Virus record (IMG/VR): IMGVR_UViG_3300045988_129434
DNA length: 64,000 bases
Origin: a virus
Reading direction: 5' to 3' (one strand)
How positions within the stretch are numbered: the first letter of the stretch is position 1; each line of letters begins with the position of its first letter. Below the pieces are notes generated by a model. The model saw only the letters and a list, made by a program, of their open reading frames with translations. It was not told where the DNA came from and made no database searches. The position numbers and the translations under genes are program-made. This document shows, one piece after another, positions 42,701 to 51,766 of this stretch.

Positions 42701-43390
42701 CATAATGGAATCATGTTACCGTTTGCTGGAATGCTTGAAATTAATTCACCTTCTAGGGTATTTGAAGGATATGGCGAAAATGTATCTGAAGGGTTGGCGA
42801 AAGGTATTGATGCAAAGGCCGATGAACCTACCAGCAGAATAGAAAATATAGGAAGCTCCTTGATAGACATGATTAGCGACACAATGAATAATCTTTCCGA
42901 CAAATTCAGTGAGGGTGAGAACTCTGCACAAAATAGCGCGAATTCCATTCAAGATGCTTTTTCTAATTTATATATTCCGCTCCCGCATGTGAACTGGGAT
43001 TGGAATTATGTCAGTGTAGGAGACTGGGAGATACCAATTCCTGATTTTTCTATTGATTGGTATAAAACTGGTGGACTTTTTACTAGGGCCACGATTGCAG
43101 GAATAGGTGAAGCTGGCAATGAGGCGGTTTTGCCATTGGAAAATAAACGGACTATGGGGATGATCGCAGATAGTATCTTAGCTAATGCATCTGTAGGCAT
43201 GGATGAAAGAATTTTAACAGAGGCCGTAGCAAGAGGTGTAGCAATGGCTATGATGAATAATAATCAGAATCAGCCGCCTATTAATGTATACGCAACATTA
43301 TATACTGAAGATAACGAAGTTTTAGCTAGGGCAGTACAAAAGGGGCAGGACAGCATAGATTACAGGTTTAATCCTTCGGTAGCTTGGTAA
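39749..43390 (+). CDS. tape measure protein, exon 2
   Basis: EIEPLRQLGVDMTVASLEAYALANGITKSY.. conserved TMP core; 1213 aa; track ORF begins at a TTG only because of an upstream TAA. Confidence 0.75.
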   Translation, partial: EIEPLRQLGVDMTVASLEAYALANGITKSYMSMSQAEKVMLRYNYLMSVTSDQQGDWARTSQSFANQFRLLKLNFQSLSATMGQGFIAVILPVIQGLNALLAKLQEVAKAFRNFLYVLTGYESPGGQSGIVNDLAGVGDASVGLDDLAGAGEDASSGLDDATESAQDLKKALSVLSFDELNQLSSIDTSSLDSSVGDLGDISDGINNSLGNGELVPSDIFKDTPVEKYISELAERMRKAAEKEDWEELGKIIAGEINKGLKKIYDVINWNNVGPKITAFVTAFTRTFNSLVDNIDWNLMGRTIGAGVNTIVNTLNLLIGDGGIDFTNIGTKIATGLRGAIKEIDWGNLGNLLGNYFMISWDMLSGFVQEMSKEDGAGITGWDELGTSLGEAVNGIFEKIDFGEIGTTLVTGINGAFSTLKSFTDEVEWDDLATNISTGINNAIHNFNWPENGQALNQFIGDFLGALLQIAQDTDWEELGRGIGEFLGEIDWLKHLGTVISIIVETLGGLFDGLEESGMAGKIAAFLGKAFIAVKIANITGIGSLIGKIVSLMGTRFMSRSSTGSLGQSIGTFINRAFSIGGSLAKAGGAALAVDLFGKLKDVISGTRKETIEATTAFTVIERALSKFVESGDITLDQFYKLANGVNDINNGTKTFDDVLTEVNSTLEEAGVSSEEFQNAIYEATEQTGINVDKLSNKVIAAMESAGYSFTETSDKVSENSIKIGNNIINAASEIDKAKGIWIQGLNGWEQVTGEKALGIYAGIQSGLYPENGQGYYDLGNGVLASFGNGITEGTENFKTTLDTTLLQALRDKLPEGYTLGYDNGKFTVQQYEAGINEGALTLGETLNNATIAKINSILPQGSILTYQNGQWTIQQYASGMSQNGEGTDLAISAATIDKISAILPEGVTIAYNNGTQTIDGYKSGLNDTGDTVFDSLKRVFLDGINLDEELKEKYSGYAALSVKGYNEKIEELKSETENQMEDLAHNGIMLPFAGMLEINSPSRVFEGYGENVSEGLAKGIDAKADEPTSRIENIGSSLIDMISDTMNNLSDKFSEGENSAQNSANSIQDAFSNLYIPLPHVNWDWNYVSVGDWEIPIPDFSIDWYKTGGLFTRATIAGIGEAGNEAVLPLENKRTMGMIADSILANASVGMDERILTEAVARGVAMAMMNNNQNQPPINVYATLYTEDNEVLARAVQKGQDSIDYRFNPSVAW

Positions 43391-43459
43391 TTTTTTTGAA
43401 AGCCTTGACGAAAATCTCTTTTTTGTAGTACAATGTATTACAAGAAAGGAGATGAGTTT

Positions 43460-43693
43460 ATGAGCTTTTCAATTAGACTTACCCCAGAAGAAAAATCTCT
43501 TGCCGAGAGTTATGCAAAACTTCATTCATTGTCTGTTGGCGAGGCTTTTAAAAGGGCATTATTTGAGAGAATCGAGGATGAGTACGATATTGTTGTAGCA
43601 GATGAAGCTTACAAAGAATACTTGGATAGTGGCTGTAAATCTACTCCTATCGCTGATTTTTGGAGGGAGTTAGACGATGAAATACAATGTTGA
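43460..43693 (+). CDS. relB: RelB/DinJ-type RHH antitoxin
   Basis: MSFSIRLTPEEKSLAESYAKLHSLSVGEAFKRA; own promoter TTGACG-17-TACAAT (about 43405-43436). Confidence 0.7.
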   Translation: MSFSIRLTPEEKSLAESYAKLHSLSVGEAFKRALFERIEDEYDIVVADEAYKEYLDSGCKSTPIADFWRELDDEIQC

Positions 43694-43931
43694 GTTATCC
43701 GACCGGTTTAAGCGAGAATTCAAGAAATTGGATAAATACACACAGAAGATTATTAGATCATGGATAGATAAGAATCTTGTCGGGACTGAAAATCCACGCC
43801 AGTATGGTAAAGGATTGACGGCAAACCGTAGCGGTCAATGGAGATACCGAATAGGAGATTATCGTCTTATTTGCCAGATAGAGGATTCTGAGCTAATTAT
43901 TCTTGCTTTGTCCGTTGGACATAGAAGATAA
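43677..43931 (+). CDS. relE: RelE/ParE-family toxin
   Basis: FKREFKKLDKYTQKII..LTANRSGQWRYRIGDYRLIC..ILALSVGHRR; overlaps the antitoxin gene. Confidence 0.8.
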   Translation: MKYNVELSDRFKREFKKLDKYTQKIIRSWIDKNLVGTENPRQYGKGLTANRSGQWRYRIGDYRLICQIEDSELIILALSVGHRR

Positions 43932-43982
43932 GTTTATGATATGTAAGTTTCCCCGGCTTTTATAAGCCGGGGAATTTTTACG

Positions 43983-44771
43983 TCAGTAACATGATTCATG
44001 AAAACGATTGTTACAAATCCCTTCTGTCATAAAGTGGCAAATGCTATAATCGCAGTTTTGATATTGTGTCTGGAAATGCTTATCAATCATATCACGGTAC
44101 ATATCAACATCCAGTCGATCATCTCTCATTAGATCAGTACCGCATTGAATAGCAGAAACAACACTGTCCATAGATTTCTTGGATAAGCGAGGATGCTCTT
44201 CATGGAAGGTATTTATGTACGATTGATAATAGTATTCTATGATGTCTATGTAAGGCTGCGGATCATCAGCTGCTACTTTATTACAGGAATTTATAATTTG
44301 TTTTTCTAAAATAGACCAATCGAAGACAGCGCTACGCTTTGGCGTTGCGCCATTTAATATATCTGTAGTCTTTGTAGTAGTCTCTGTGTAGTCTATGGTA
44401 TAGGTTTGGTCATTTTGTCCTTTTCCAATCGTCCAATTTGACCTTATCGTGTGGCCAATTTGGCCATATGAAGAAATGATATTTTCGTAAGTTCCATAGT
44501 CAATGGTGTACCATTTTGTTTGGTCGAATTTGACTTTGTTATAATTTCCAGTCAAAAGAAGTCCCATTTTTTCTAATGACGTAAATGTCCGGCGCAATGT
44601 CCTGATAGAAAAAAATGGGAATTGCTCCTGCCATTGTTCGTAGGTATTATATACCCAGTAATGACCGTCAATATAATCCTGCTTACTTTTTTCTTTAATT
44701 TTAAGCCAATAATGCACTTGCTGTAATATGATGGATTCATTCAATCCTATAATGGTTGCCAAAGTTGGCAT
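43983..44771 (-). CDS. winged-helix DNA-binding protein, replication-initiator/DnaD-like (uncertain)
   Basis: GLNESIILQQVHYWL..FPFFSIRTLRRTFTSLEKMGLL; frame stays open upstream toward an AGGAGG, so a non-ATG start near 44810 is possible. Confidence 0.5.
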   Translation of the reverse strand: MPTLATIIGLNESIILQQVHYWLKIKEKSKQDYIDGHYWVYNTYEQWQEQFPFFSIRTLRRTFTSLEKMGLLLTGNYNKVKFDQTKWYTIDYGTYENIISSYGQIGHTIRSNWTIGKGQNDQTYTIDYTETTTKTTDILNGATPKRSAVFDWSILEKQIINSCNKVAADDPQPYIDIIEYYYQSYINTFHEEHPRLSKKSMDSVVSAIQCGTDLMRDDRLDVDMYRDMIDKHFQTQYQNCDYSICHFMTEGICNNRFHESCY

Positions 44772-44917
44772 AACCTGTAAAGGATGTTCGTCAAGAAGTA
44801 AATTACTGATAATAACACCTCCTATAGTGATTCGTTGAACCCTTCCTTACCTTCGCAATAAAAAACGAATTTAGAATTATTTTTTATTTGTCCACGTTTT
44901 AATCATCCGAAATTATT

Positions 44918-45349
44918 TTATCCCAAGTGAAGCTCTTTCTTTAATGCTTCTTGGAGAATCTTGGAAAAATTCACATTTTTTTCTAATGCAGCAGTATTAA
45001 GCCATGCAGGAATAGTAAGAGTTTTTTTGACAGATTTTTCAAAATGTTCTTTTGCATAGGAAGCAACGTCTACAGATACCATATTAACGAAAGATTCACA
45101 TTCTGGCGCTTCTGGGTCTAACTCTTTTGCGATAACATTCGGGTCAATATCAGATAGTTTAGAAGGACTGGGTACACTTTCTCCGTCCATTTTGCAAGTA
45201 TGAAGATATCCGGCTAAACATTCAATAGCCATTTCCATAGCATTTTCAAAATCATCTCCTTGTGTGGCAAGATAATTTAAATCTGGAAAAACGACAGAAT
45301 AGCCGCCGTTTTCTTCTTGAAAAAAACAAGCTGGATAAATTGATAACAT
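44918..45349 (-). CDS. hicB: HicB-family antitoxin
   Basis: YPACFFQEENGGYSVVFPDL..ATQGDDFENAMEMAIECLAG; C-terminal RHH-like tail. Confidence 0.8.
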   Translation of the reverse strand: MLSIYPACFFQEENGGYSVVFPDLNYLATQGDDFENAMEMAIECLAGYLHTCKMDGESVPSPSKLSDIDPNVIAKELDPEAPECESFVNMVSVDVASYAKEHFEKSVKKTLTIPAWLNTAALEKNVNFSKILQEALKKELHLG

Positions 45350-45388
45350 ATGAATATACCTCCTATTATGATAATACAGGCATTGGGG

Positions 45389-45580
45389 CTATTTAAGCCC
45401 CGCCTGCTTTTTGATGGAATTTTCTGTTTTCTTGGTCAAATCTTTTCCCTGATGAAAAGGGATTGTGACTTTTCCAGGCTTTATCGGATGTGTATAGTGT
45501 CTATGTGAGCCTTCCTGGCTTTTGAAAATCCATCCGTCTGCAAGGATTAGTTTTTCCATCTCTTTTGGTTTTATTGGCAT
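45389..45580 (-). CDS. hicA: HicA-family toxin (mRNA interferase)
   Basis: KPKEMEKLILADGWIFKSQEGSHRHYTHPIKPGKVTIPFH. Confidence 0.8.
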   Translation of the reverse strand: MPIKPKEMEKLILADGWIFKSQEGSHRHYTHPIKPGKVTIPFHQGKDLTKKTENSIKKQAGLK

Positions 45581-45846
45581 CTTACTTTTCCTCCTTGCAC
45601 TATTATAATACCATACTATACGTGTTTTGTCAATACGTATAATACAAATGTGTATGGAAATATCATTAAAAGTCTCTTAAAAAGTTTGCAGAATTTTACC
45701 GAGTATAAAAGGGTATCGTGAGAATTTTAAAAAAACTATTGCAATCAAAATCAGGAATTTGCTGAATACTTTTATTACTTTTTCATGAATTTTCTTTCGC
45801 TTAAATGGATTTAATGGTATAATTTGTAGAGAAGGGAGGAAGAGAA

Positions 45847-47286
45847 ATGGCTTTAATAAAGTGTCCAGGTTGTGGAACTGAAATAAGCGAGAGAGCTGAA
45901 GAATGCCCAATTTGTGGTAGAACTATTTCCAAAAGTAGTAGAGATGAAAACATGATGAAATGTTATAAATGTGGACGTCTTATTCAAAGGGATATTTCGA
46001 TTTGCCCTTTTTGCGGATACCATTATGGCACATATAAAAACAAAAAAATGAATGAGCCTAATCTTGAAAGGAATTCTTTTTGGCATCGCAGAAAGAAGTG
46101 GCCAATATTTGTAGTTATATTGTTATTAATTTGGGTAGTGTCAAAACATGAAACAAATTCAGATAATAAAAGCAATTTAGACCAAGAGGATATATGGCTC
46201 GATGGATATACAAATTTAGATGATTTTGATTATTATATAAATGGTGACGATATACATATTAAAAGATACGAAGGTAATGAAGATAAAATTCGTGTGAATT
46301 CTTCTTATAACGGAAAAAAAGTTGTATCGTTTGAAGATGCTACATTTATGTTTTGCGATGCAATTAGCGTTGTAATTCCAGAAGGCACGAAGCATTTAGA
46401 TAATCCAACATTTAATAGTTCTGATATAAAATATATTTTTTTACCATCTACATTAGAGGATGTAGAAGATGAATTTTGGGGATATTTACATAATATTGAA
46501 AAGATATACTATGGCGGAACAAATGAACAATGGAATAAAATGTGTCAATTTGGAAGAAAAGGCATAGAAGCGAATGAATTATTTTGCAAAGTAGATCCTG
46601 ATGATCTGGGAACGGAAAAATCCGAATCATCACCAATCGTTATGCAAGAAGTAGTAGAAAAGGATTCTAAAGATGAAAGTGACAATTCTAGTAAATTAGA
46701 AAAAGAGAGTTTATCGTCAAAAGAACAATTTGTGGAAGATTCTTCGAAATATTTGTCAGCGGATATCGCAAATAAACTGTATACTATTATTACTTCTGAT
46801 CTAGGATTTGAAAAAGTAGAGTTTGTTGGAAAAGACAATGTAGGGGACTCGGTGTGGAATGTATATTGTGACGACATTTCTGTATTGGTTGTAGCGAGTG
46901 ATGATGTATATAGGATATGGAGTGGGGACTATACGTTCTATGAAGAAGGGACGGTAGTTACGACAAAACAGCAGATGAATGAAACGTTTGTAAAAGATGA
47001 AGATAGAACAAGTTACTATGTCATTGCACAAGATATTGTAATGCAATATTTGAAAAATCCGACTTCTGCAAAATTTCCATGGGGTACTGATGAAATTGGA
47101 TTCGCTAAAAGTGGTAATGTTATAGCTGTGCAAGGATATGTAGATGCAACTAACTCTTTCGGAGGGCAAGTCCGAAGCCAATGGACGGTAGAGTTTAGGG
47201 TAACAGATTTAGCAGCATTATCGTATGAAATTTTGTATGTGAATGTTGATGGACAGTCATCTGGAACATATATTGAATTAAATTAG
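45847..47286 (+). CDS. membrane protein: N-terminal double zinc ribbon, one TM, extracellular LRR(BspA)-like and C-terminal domains
   Basis: CPGCGTE..CPICG, CYKCG..CPFCG; WPIFVVILLLIWVV; TGGTATAAT extended -10 upstream. Confidence 0.65.
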   Translation: MALIKCPGCGTEISERAEECPICGRTISKSSRDENMMKCYKCGRLIQRDISICPFCGYHYGTYKNKKMNEPNLERNSFWHRRKKWPIFVVILLLIWVVSKHETNSDNKSNLDQEDIWLDGYTNLDDFDYYINGDDIHIKRYEGNEDKIRVNSSYNGKKVVSFEDATFMFCDAISVVIPEGTKHLDNPTFNSSDIKYIFLPSTLEDVEDEFWGYLHNIEKIYYGGTNEQWNKMCQFGRKGIEANELFCKVDPDDLGTEKSESSPIVMQEVVEKDSKDESDNSSKLEKESLSSKEQFVEDSSKYLSADIANKLYTIITSDLGFEKVEFVGKDNVGDSVWNVYCDDISVLVVASDDVYRIWSGDYTFYEEGTVVTTKQQMNETFVKDEDRTSYYVIAQDIVMQYLKNPTSAKFPWGTDEIGFAKSGNVIAVQGYVDATNSFGGQVRSQWTVEFRVTDLAALSYEILYVNVDGQSSGTYIELN

Positions 47287-47309
47287 AAAAAGGAGGAAGG
47301 ATAAAACAA

Positions 47310-47459
47310 ATGAAAAAAAGGAGAACGATTGATAAAATATCAGGAAAAATAAAGTGTCCATCTTTGCTATGCAGAAGTGCAGATGTTCAAATTATTGGAC
47401 ATGGGCTGTTTTCTACGAAATATCAATGCAGAAAATGCGGAAAGATTTTTAAAGCATGA
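47310..47459 (+). CDS. small zinc-ribbon protein (49 aa)
   Basis: AGGAGG RBS; CPSLLC...CRKCG. Confidence 0.5.
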   Translation: MKKRRTIDKISGKIKCPSLLCRSADVQIIGHGLFSTKYQCRKCGKIFKA

Positions 47460-47586
47460 AATAAAATCAACTATATCGAAGTGGGGATTAAAAGTCCTCA
47501 CTTTTTTTTGAATACTTATTGACATCGATAGTGAGTGTGATAAAATATAAATGCAACTAAAAATAATCTTATTTTATGGAGGCAAA

Positions 47587-48060
47587 ATGAAAGTAAGAAA
47601 GAAATATGTAGTTCAAAAGTCTTTTAGAATTGACGAAAAAGTAGAAAGAGATTTGGGAATCTTGGCAGAACTTACGGACCGAAGCCAAAACGACCTTGTA
47701 AATGTAGCAATTACGGAATTGTTGCAGGATAATAAAGATTATTTTTTACAAGTGGCTGTATTAGAACACTTTATGAGTCAATTAGATAGTGGATATGAAG
47801 AGTTTGACCCATTTGATATGGGCGGTTTATTTGTTGAGATGAAGTACATTGATACTAACGGGGCGGTTTCTGTTCATTCAGTAGTACATGGCGATGAAGA
47901 TATAGATGATTATACGAAGGAGTTTGACTCAGATATTTCTGATGAATTGGAAGAGTATTTAAAAAATTTTTATGTTTACATCAATAGGGAATCAGAGGAT
48001 GTAAAAGCCTATCTGGATAATCGTGTGGATTATAGAGAGTACGTAAAAATAAGAAAATAG
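47587..48060 (+). CDS. RHH (CopG-like) N-terminal domain protein with acidic C-terminus
   Basis: SFRIDEKVERDLGILAELTDRSQNDLVNVAITELL; GGAGG RBS. Confidence 0.6.
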   Translation: MKVRKKYVVQKSFRIDEKVERDLGILAELTDRSQNDLVNVAITELLQDNKDYFLQVAVLEHFMSQLDSGYEEFDPFDMGGLFVEMKYIDTNGAVSVHSVVHGDEDIDDYTKEFDSDISDELEEYLKNFYVYINRESEDVKAYLDNRVDYREYVKIRK

Positions 48061-48173
48061 AAGTTGCTCCCCGACCAAAGCGAACAACTTCTAACCAAAA
48101 AATCAGAGGGATATCCTCACATTAAGTATAGCATTTCAGGATATTCCTCGCAACTAAAAATAGGAGGAATTTT

Positions 48174-49007
48174 ATGGAATATAATATGACAATGGTAGAC
48201 AATGAGATTGTTCCAGTATATGAGACCGATAAGGGAGAGAAAATTGTAGACGGTCGAGAGTTGCATGGTGTTTTGGAAAGTAAACAAGATTTTTCCACAT
48301 GGATAAAGAAAAGAATTTTTGAGAGTGATGCTGTTGCAGATAAGGACTTTTCCCGCTTCCACAAAAAAATGGAAGCCAATAACGCAACATCTATTGAATA
48401 CTATTTGAAATTAGATATTGCAAAAGAAATAGCTATGCTGGAAAGAAACGAAATTGGTAAAAAGGTTAGAAAACATTTTATTGAGATTGAAAACCGATAC
48501 AAACGGCAGATTATTGATCGTACCCAGCTTTCGCCACAGACACAGTTAATGCTTGCAATGTCGGAGTCCATAGCCAAGACTGAGTTAGAGCAGAAACGTC
48601 AGGCAGAACAGCTTCAGAAACTAGAGGACAAGACAAATAAGCAAACAGAGGTATTACAAAATGTAAAGGACACCTTCTCAAATTCTGATTCAGAAGAAGA
48701 CACTACTCATTGGATAAACAAGTGCATTAATAAGATTGCTGAAAGCTCAAATTTTTCATACTCTTTTGGAAATAGATATTCAGCGGCTAGAAATGAGAGT
48801 TATGACCGTCTGACATTAAAAGCCGGATGTAGATTAGACCAAAAGGTCAGAAACGCTATAGCAAGGGCAGAGGAAAAGGGATATACAAAAAATCAGATTA
48901 ATGCTATCAACAAATTGACTGTAATCATGGCAGATAAACGGTTAAAAGAAATATACATAGGTGTGATTAAGGAAATGATGATAGCATACTGTGTGGAGGT
49001 TGCATAG
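48174..49007 (+). CDS. AntA/AntB-type antirepressor
   Basis: IVDGRELHGVLESKQDFSTWIKKRI..YYLKLDIAKEIAMLERNEIGKKVRKHFIEIE. Confidence 0.7.
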   Translation: MEYNMTMVDNEIVPVYETDKGEKIVDGRELHGVLESKQDFSTWIKKRIFESDAVADKDFSRFHKKMEANNATSIEYYLKLDIAKEIAMLERNEIGKKVRKHFIEIENRYKRQIIDRTQLSPQTQLMLAMSESIAKTELEQKRQAEQLQKLEDKTNKQTEVLQNVKDTFSNSDSEEDTTHWINKCINKIAESSNFSYSFGNRYSAARNESYDRLTLKAGCRLDQKVRNAIARAEEKGYTKNQINAINKLTVIMADKRLKEIYIGVIKEMMIAYCVEVA

Positions 49008-49120
49008 TAAAGGTGGAGATTTTTCTCCACCTTTTTTAATTTGCCTCTTGACTTTGTACTGACATTTTGATATATTAAGAGTGTTCAAAATGTACTGACA
49101 AACTAAAAGGAGGCGATATA

Positions 49121-49300
49121 GTGTCACCTAAAATGGGGCAAAAATTAACAGACAATCCAAAGGATAAACGAATCCAAATCAGAATGGACAGTGAGACCCT
49201 TGATAAATTAGATTGTCTGGTCGCTGAACAAAATTCTGATAGGTCAAAGATTATTAGACAAGGAATTGAAATTCAGTACGAAAAAAGAGAAAAAGAGTAA
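49121..49300 (+). CDS. RHH (CopG-like) repressor, 59 aa
   Basis: GTG after AAAGGAGG; KRIQIRMDSETLDKLDCLV..SKIIRQGIE; promoter region carries TGTACTGACA twice (about 49054, 49091). Confidence 0.55.
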   Translation: MSPKMGQKLTDNPKDKRIQIRMDSETLDKLDCLVAEQNSDRSKIIRQGIEIQYEKREKE

Positions 49301-49419
49301 CCGTATCAAGTTTGGCGACCAGAACGATTACTCAATCATCACAACACACCGAAGCGGTTGATATATTTATTATATCTCCCTTTGGTGTAGTTGTCAAACA
49401 CTGAAAGGAGTTTTATCTT

Positions 49420-49548
49420 ATGGATAATATTCAGTCTATTCAGACAACTAATTTCCAGACACCTATCGAGATCGCCCTTGGAATAGACGAAAACGGAATG
49501 ACCGTAGCCAGAAAATTGCTAAAGAAAAGGATTGACATTTGTTGTTAA
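49420..49548 (+). pseudogene. 42-aa remnant resembling an antirepressor N-terminus
   Basis: ..TPIEIALGIDENGMTVARKL then divergent tail, with a stop inside the next promoter. Confidence 0.3.
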
Positions 49549-49585
49549 CTACACTATACTAAATGTAGTTAGCTACAAAGGAGGG

Positions 49586-49768
49586 ATGACCGTGGCTAAC
49601 AAAAGCAGAGCCGAATACTTTAGGGAACGAAGAAAGGAATTTAAGCAATTCAACGTATCATTAAAACGTGAAAAAATCGAAGCACTTGAAGAATGTATTA
49701 AATCTCAAGGAAAGACGAAGGTTGAATGGTTTGAAGAAATCGTTGATAGAGAATTAGGCGAAAATTAA
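49586..49768 (+). CDS. small regulator-like protein (60 aa)
   Basis: Promoter TTGACA-17-TATACT with palindrome TAACTACA..TGTAGTTA; AAGGAGGG RBS. Confidence 0.5.
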   Translation: MTVANKSRAEYFRERRKEFKQFNVSLKREKIEALEECIKSQGKTKVEWFEEIVDRELGEN

Positions 49769-49889
49769 AAGAATAGGGTATCCGCCAAACCCTGAGAAAG
49801 TTACCGGATACCCACCCCACAAATAGAGGTATAAATATTATAGCACTGTACCTCTATTTTGGCAAATTCAAAATGGAGGTATTTTTAAT

Positions 49890-50675
49890 ATGAATGATTT
49901 AATTATTAAAAATGTCAATGTTCTAGGAGATTCTATATTGGCGGCAAAGGACAGCAAAGGCAATATTTGGGTCGGAATTAACGCTTTCTGCCGGGGATTG
50001 GATATGAACAAAAAGCAAAGGGACTGGCAAGTGAAGAGAGTGCAAGATGATAAGACATTATCAAAGGGGTGCCGAGAATTCTCGGCAGGGATATTTGACC
50101 CTTCAAATTCCGTATATGCGTTGCGTCTTGACTTTGTTCCCTTGTGGCTTGCAAAAATCTCTATTACAAATAATATGGAAGATGAACACCCAGAACTCGC
50201 CAAGAAACTTCTCAACTACCAACTAAAAGCAAAGGATATTCTCGCTAATGCCTTTATTGAGAAAAAACAATCCGAAAACCCTGCCACTCTGCAACAGCAG
50301 ATTCAACTTATCGCACAGGGTACTACAGAACTGTATCAGAAAGTAGATACCCTTGCCGAGCGCATGGACAAGTTTGAGCAGGACTTACCACTCCTGCCAG
50401 TGAATGCAGATGAACTGTCCCACACTGTTAAGAAAAGAGTGGTAGAAGTTCTCGGTGGAAAGGACAGTAATGCTTATCATAACAAAAGTATCAGCCAGAC
50501 GGCATTTAGTGACGCATATCGAAATCTGAAATATAATTTCGGTGTTAATTCTTACAAAAACATTAAAAGATGCCAGATGGACATTGCTCTTCGGATTGCA
50601 AGAGAATATCAGCCGCCAGTATTCCTGGAGGAGCGGATTAGAAATTGCAATTCCCAGATGACTCTTGATATTTGA
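49890..50675 (+). CDS. ORF6N/ORF6C-type antirepressor-like protein
   Basis: NVLGDSILAAKDSKGNIWVGINAFCRGLDM..VPLWLAKISIT. Confidence 0.65.
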   Translation: MNDLIIKNVNVLGDSILAAKDSKGNIWVGINAFCRGLDMNKKQRDWQVKRVQDDKTLSKGCREFSAGIFDPSNSVYALRLDFVPLWLAKISITNNMEDEHPELAKKLLNYQLKAKDILANAFIEKKQSENPATLQQQIQLIAQGTTELYQKVDTLAERMDKFEQDLPLLPVNADELSHTVKKRVVEVLGGKDSNAYHNKSISQTAFSDAYRNLKYNFGVNSYKNIKRCQMDIALRIAREYQPPVFLEERIRNCNSQMTLDI

Positions 50676-50699
50676 TTATGATAAGCGGAGGATTTTACT

Positions 50700-50978
50700 A
50701 TGAACGCAAGAGAAAATAATAATTTAGCAAGTGAAGTAATTACCGATTTAACTAAAAACCTTGTCATGATGGATGACAAAATTCAGGGACTTTACGGGGA
50801 AATCTGTGAGGTGAAATCCATGTTTCAGGCAGTGCATTATGCAACAGTAGAAGGAGGTATTACGCAGGTGGAAGCAGGCGAAGCCCTAACCGCAATCAAA
50901 ACGATGCTGGAAAATTTAAAAGATAATGCAGAAGAGATCACGGGATTTAGTAATGGATTGGTTAAGGAGGTAATGTGA
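50700..50978 (+). CDS. hypothetical protein (92 aa)
   Basis: ORF track; GGAGG RBS. Confidence 0.55.
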   Translation: MNARENNNLASEVITDLTKNLVMMDDKIQGLYGEICEVKSMFQAVHYATVEGGITQVEAGEALTAIKTMLENLKDNAEEITGFSNGLVKEVM

Positions 50979-50979
50979 G

Positions 50980-51234
50980 ATGAATAGGCTTGAAGCGGAA
51001 AAAGTGCTTAATAATCTGGAATTGGATATAGAAAAGGCTCGACATATGGCGGAGAAAATTATTGAGGAGTATGGATTTGACTGTACAGAACCTAGTAGTT
51101 TAGATGATTCGATATTAGCTTATAACCGTCAAAGCATAGGGATTGAATTGGGAATTTTGACGGATTATATTGATAATATTCGTACAGGATATGATTCTAT
51201 TTCAAGAGAGATAATGGGAGCACAAATGCAGTAA
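50980..51234 (+). CDS. hypothetical protein (84 aa)
   Basis: ORF track; coupled to the upstream gene. Confidence 0.55.
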   Translation: MNRLEAEKVLNNLELDIEKARHMAEKIIEEYGFDCTEPSSLDDSILAYNRQSIGIELGILTDYIDNIRTGYDSISREIMGAQMQ

Positions 51235-51456
51235 TGGAAACCGCCATGTAGATTCTAATTGAAATTGCAATGGGGGGTGCTTAATTAAAGGCCTTGGCCG
51301 CTGGGATTCTGGCGGCCAATCTATTAGAAATTGCTTAGTTGATTTTTTAAGAAGAAGATGTTATATTAGAGATGTAAAAAGGCGTTACCACGTTGACGGT
51401 TAGCCTAGAAATTAATAGTTACTCTTGAAGAGCACTAATACCTTTGCTAGGGGCGG

Positions 51457-51543
51457 TTAGTGCTTCTTCGTTATATCGTACACAATCTTGATGATTGTAG
51501 CTATCATTACCGTATAGGCAAATAGGCTATCATACGTAATCAT
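51457..51543 (-). CDS. 28-aa hydrophobic peptide, type I toxin / holin-like toxin candidate
   Basis: MITYDSLFAYTVMIATIIKIVYDITKKH; GGAGGG 7 nt upstream; 12-bp hairpin (about 51427-51470) overlaps its 3' end. Confidence 0.4.
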   Translation of the reverse strand: MITYDSLFAYTVMIATIIKIVYDITKKH

Positions 51544-51766
51544 GAAGCATCCCTCCAATACATAAGATTTCCCAAAGGATTTCTATGTAAACAGGAAATT
51601 CAGTTTTCCTGGCGGAAGGCTAACCGCCATCGCCCTCCCGACGATAACGCCCGTCTTTATCATAGCAAAATTTTTTGTCTGAATCAATACGCTTTTTGTC
51701 TAAATGCGTCGTATGTTTTTTGTTTTATATGCAAGGAGTATTAAGATAGAAAAGAGAAGGTGCCAT

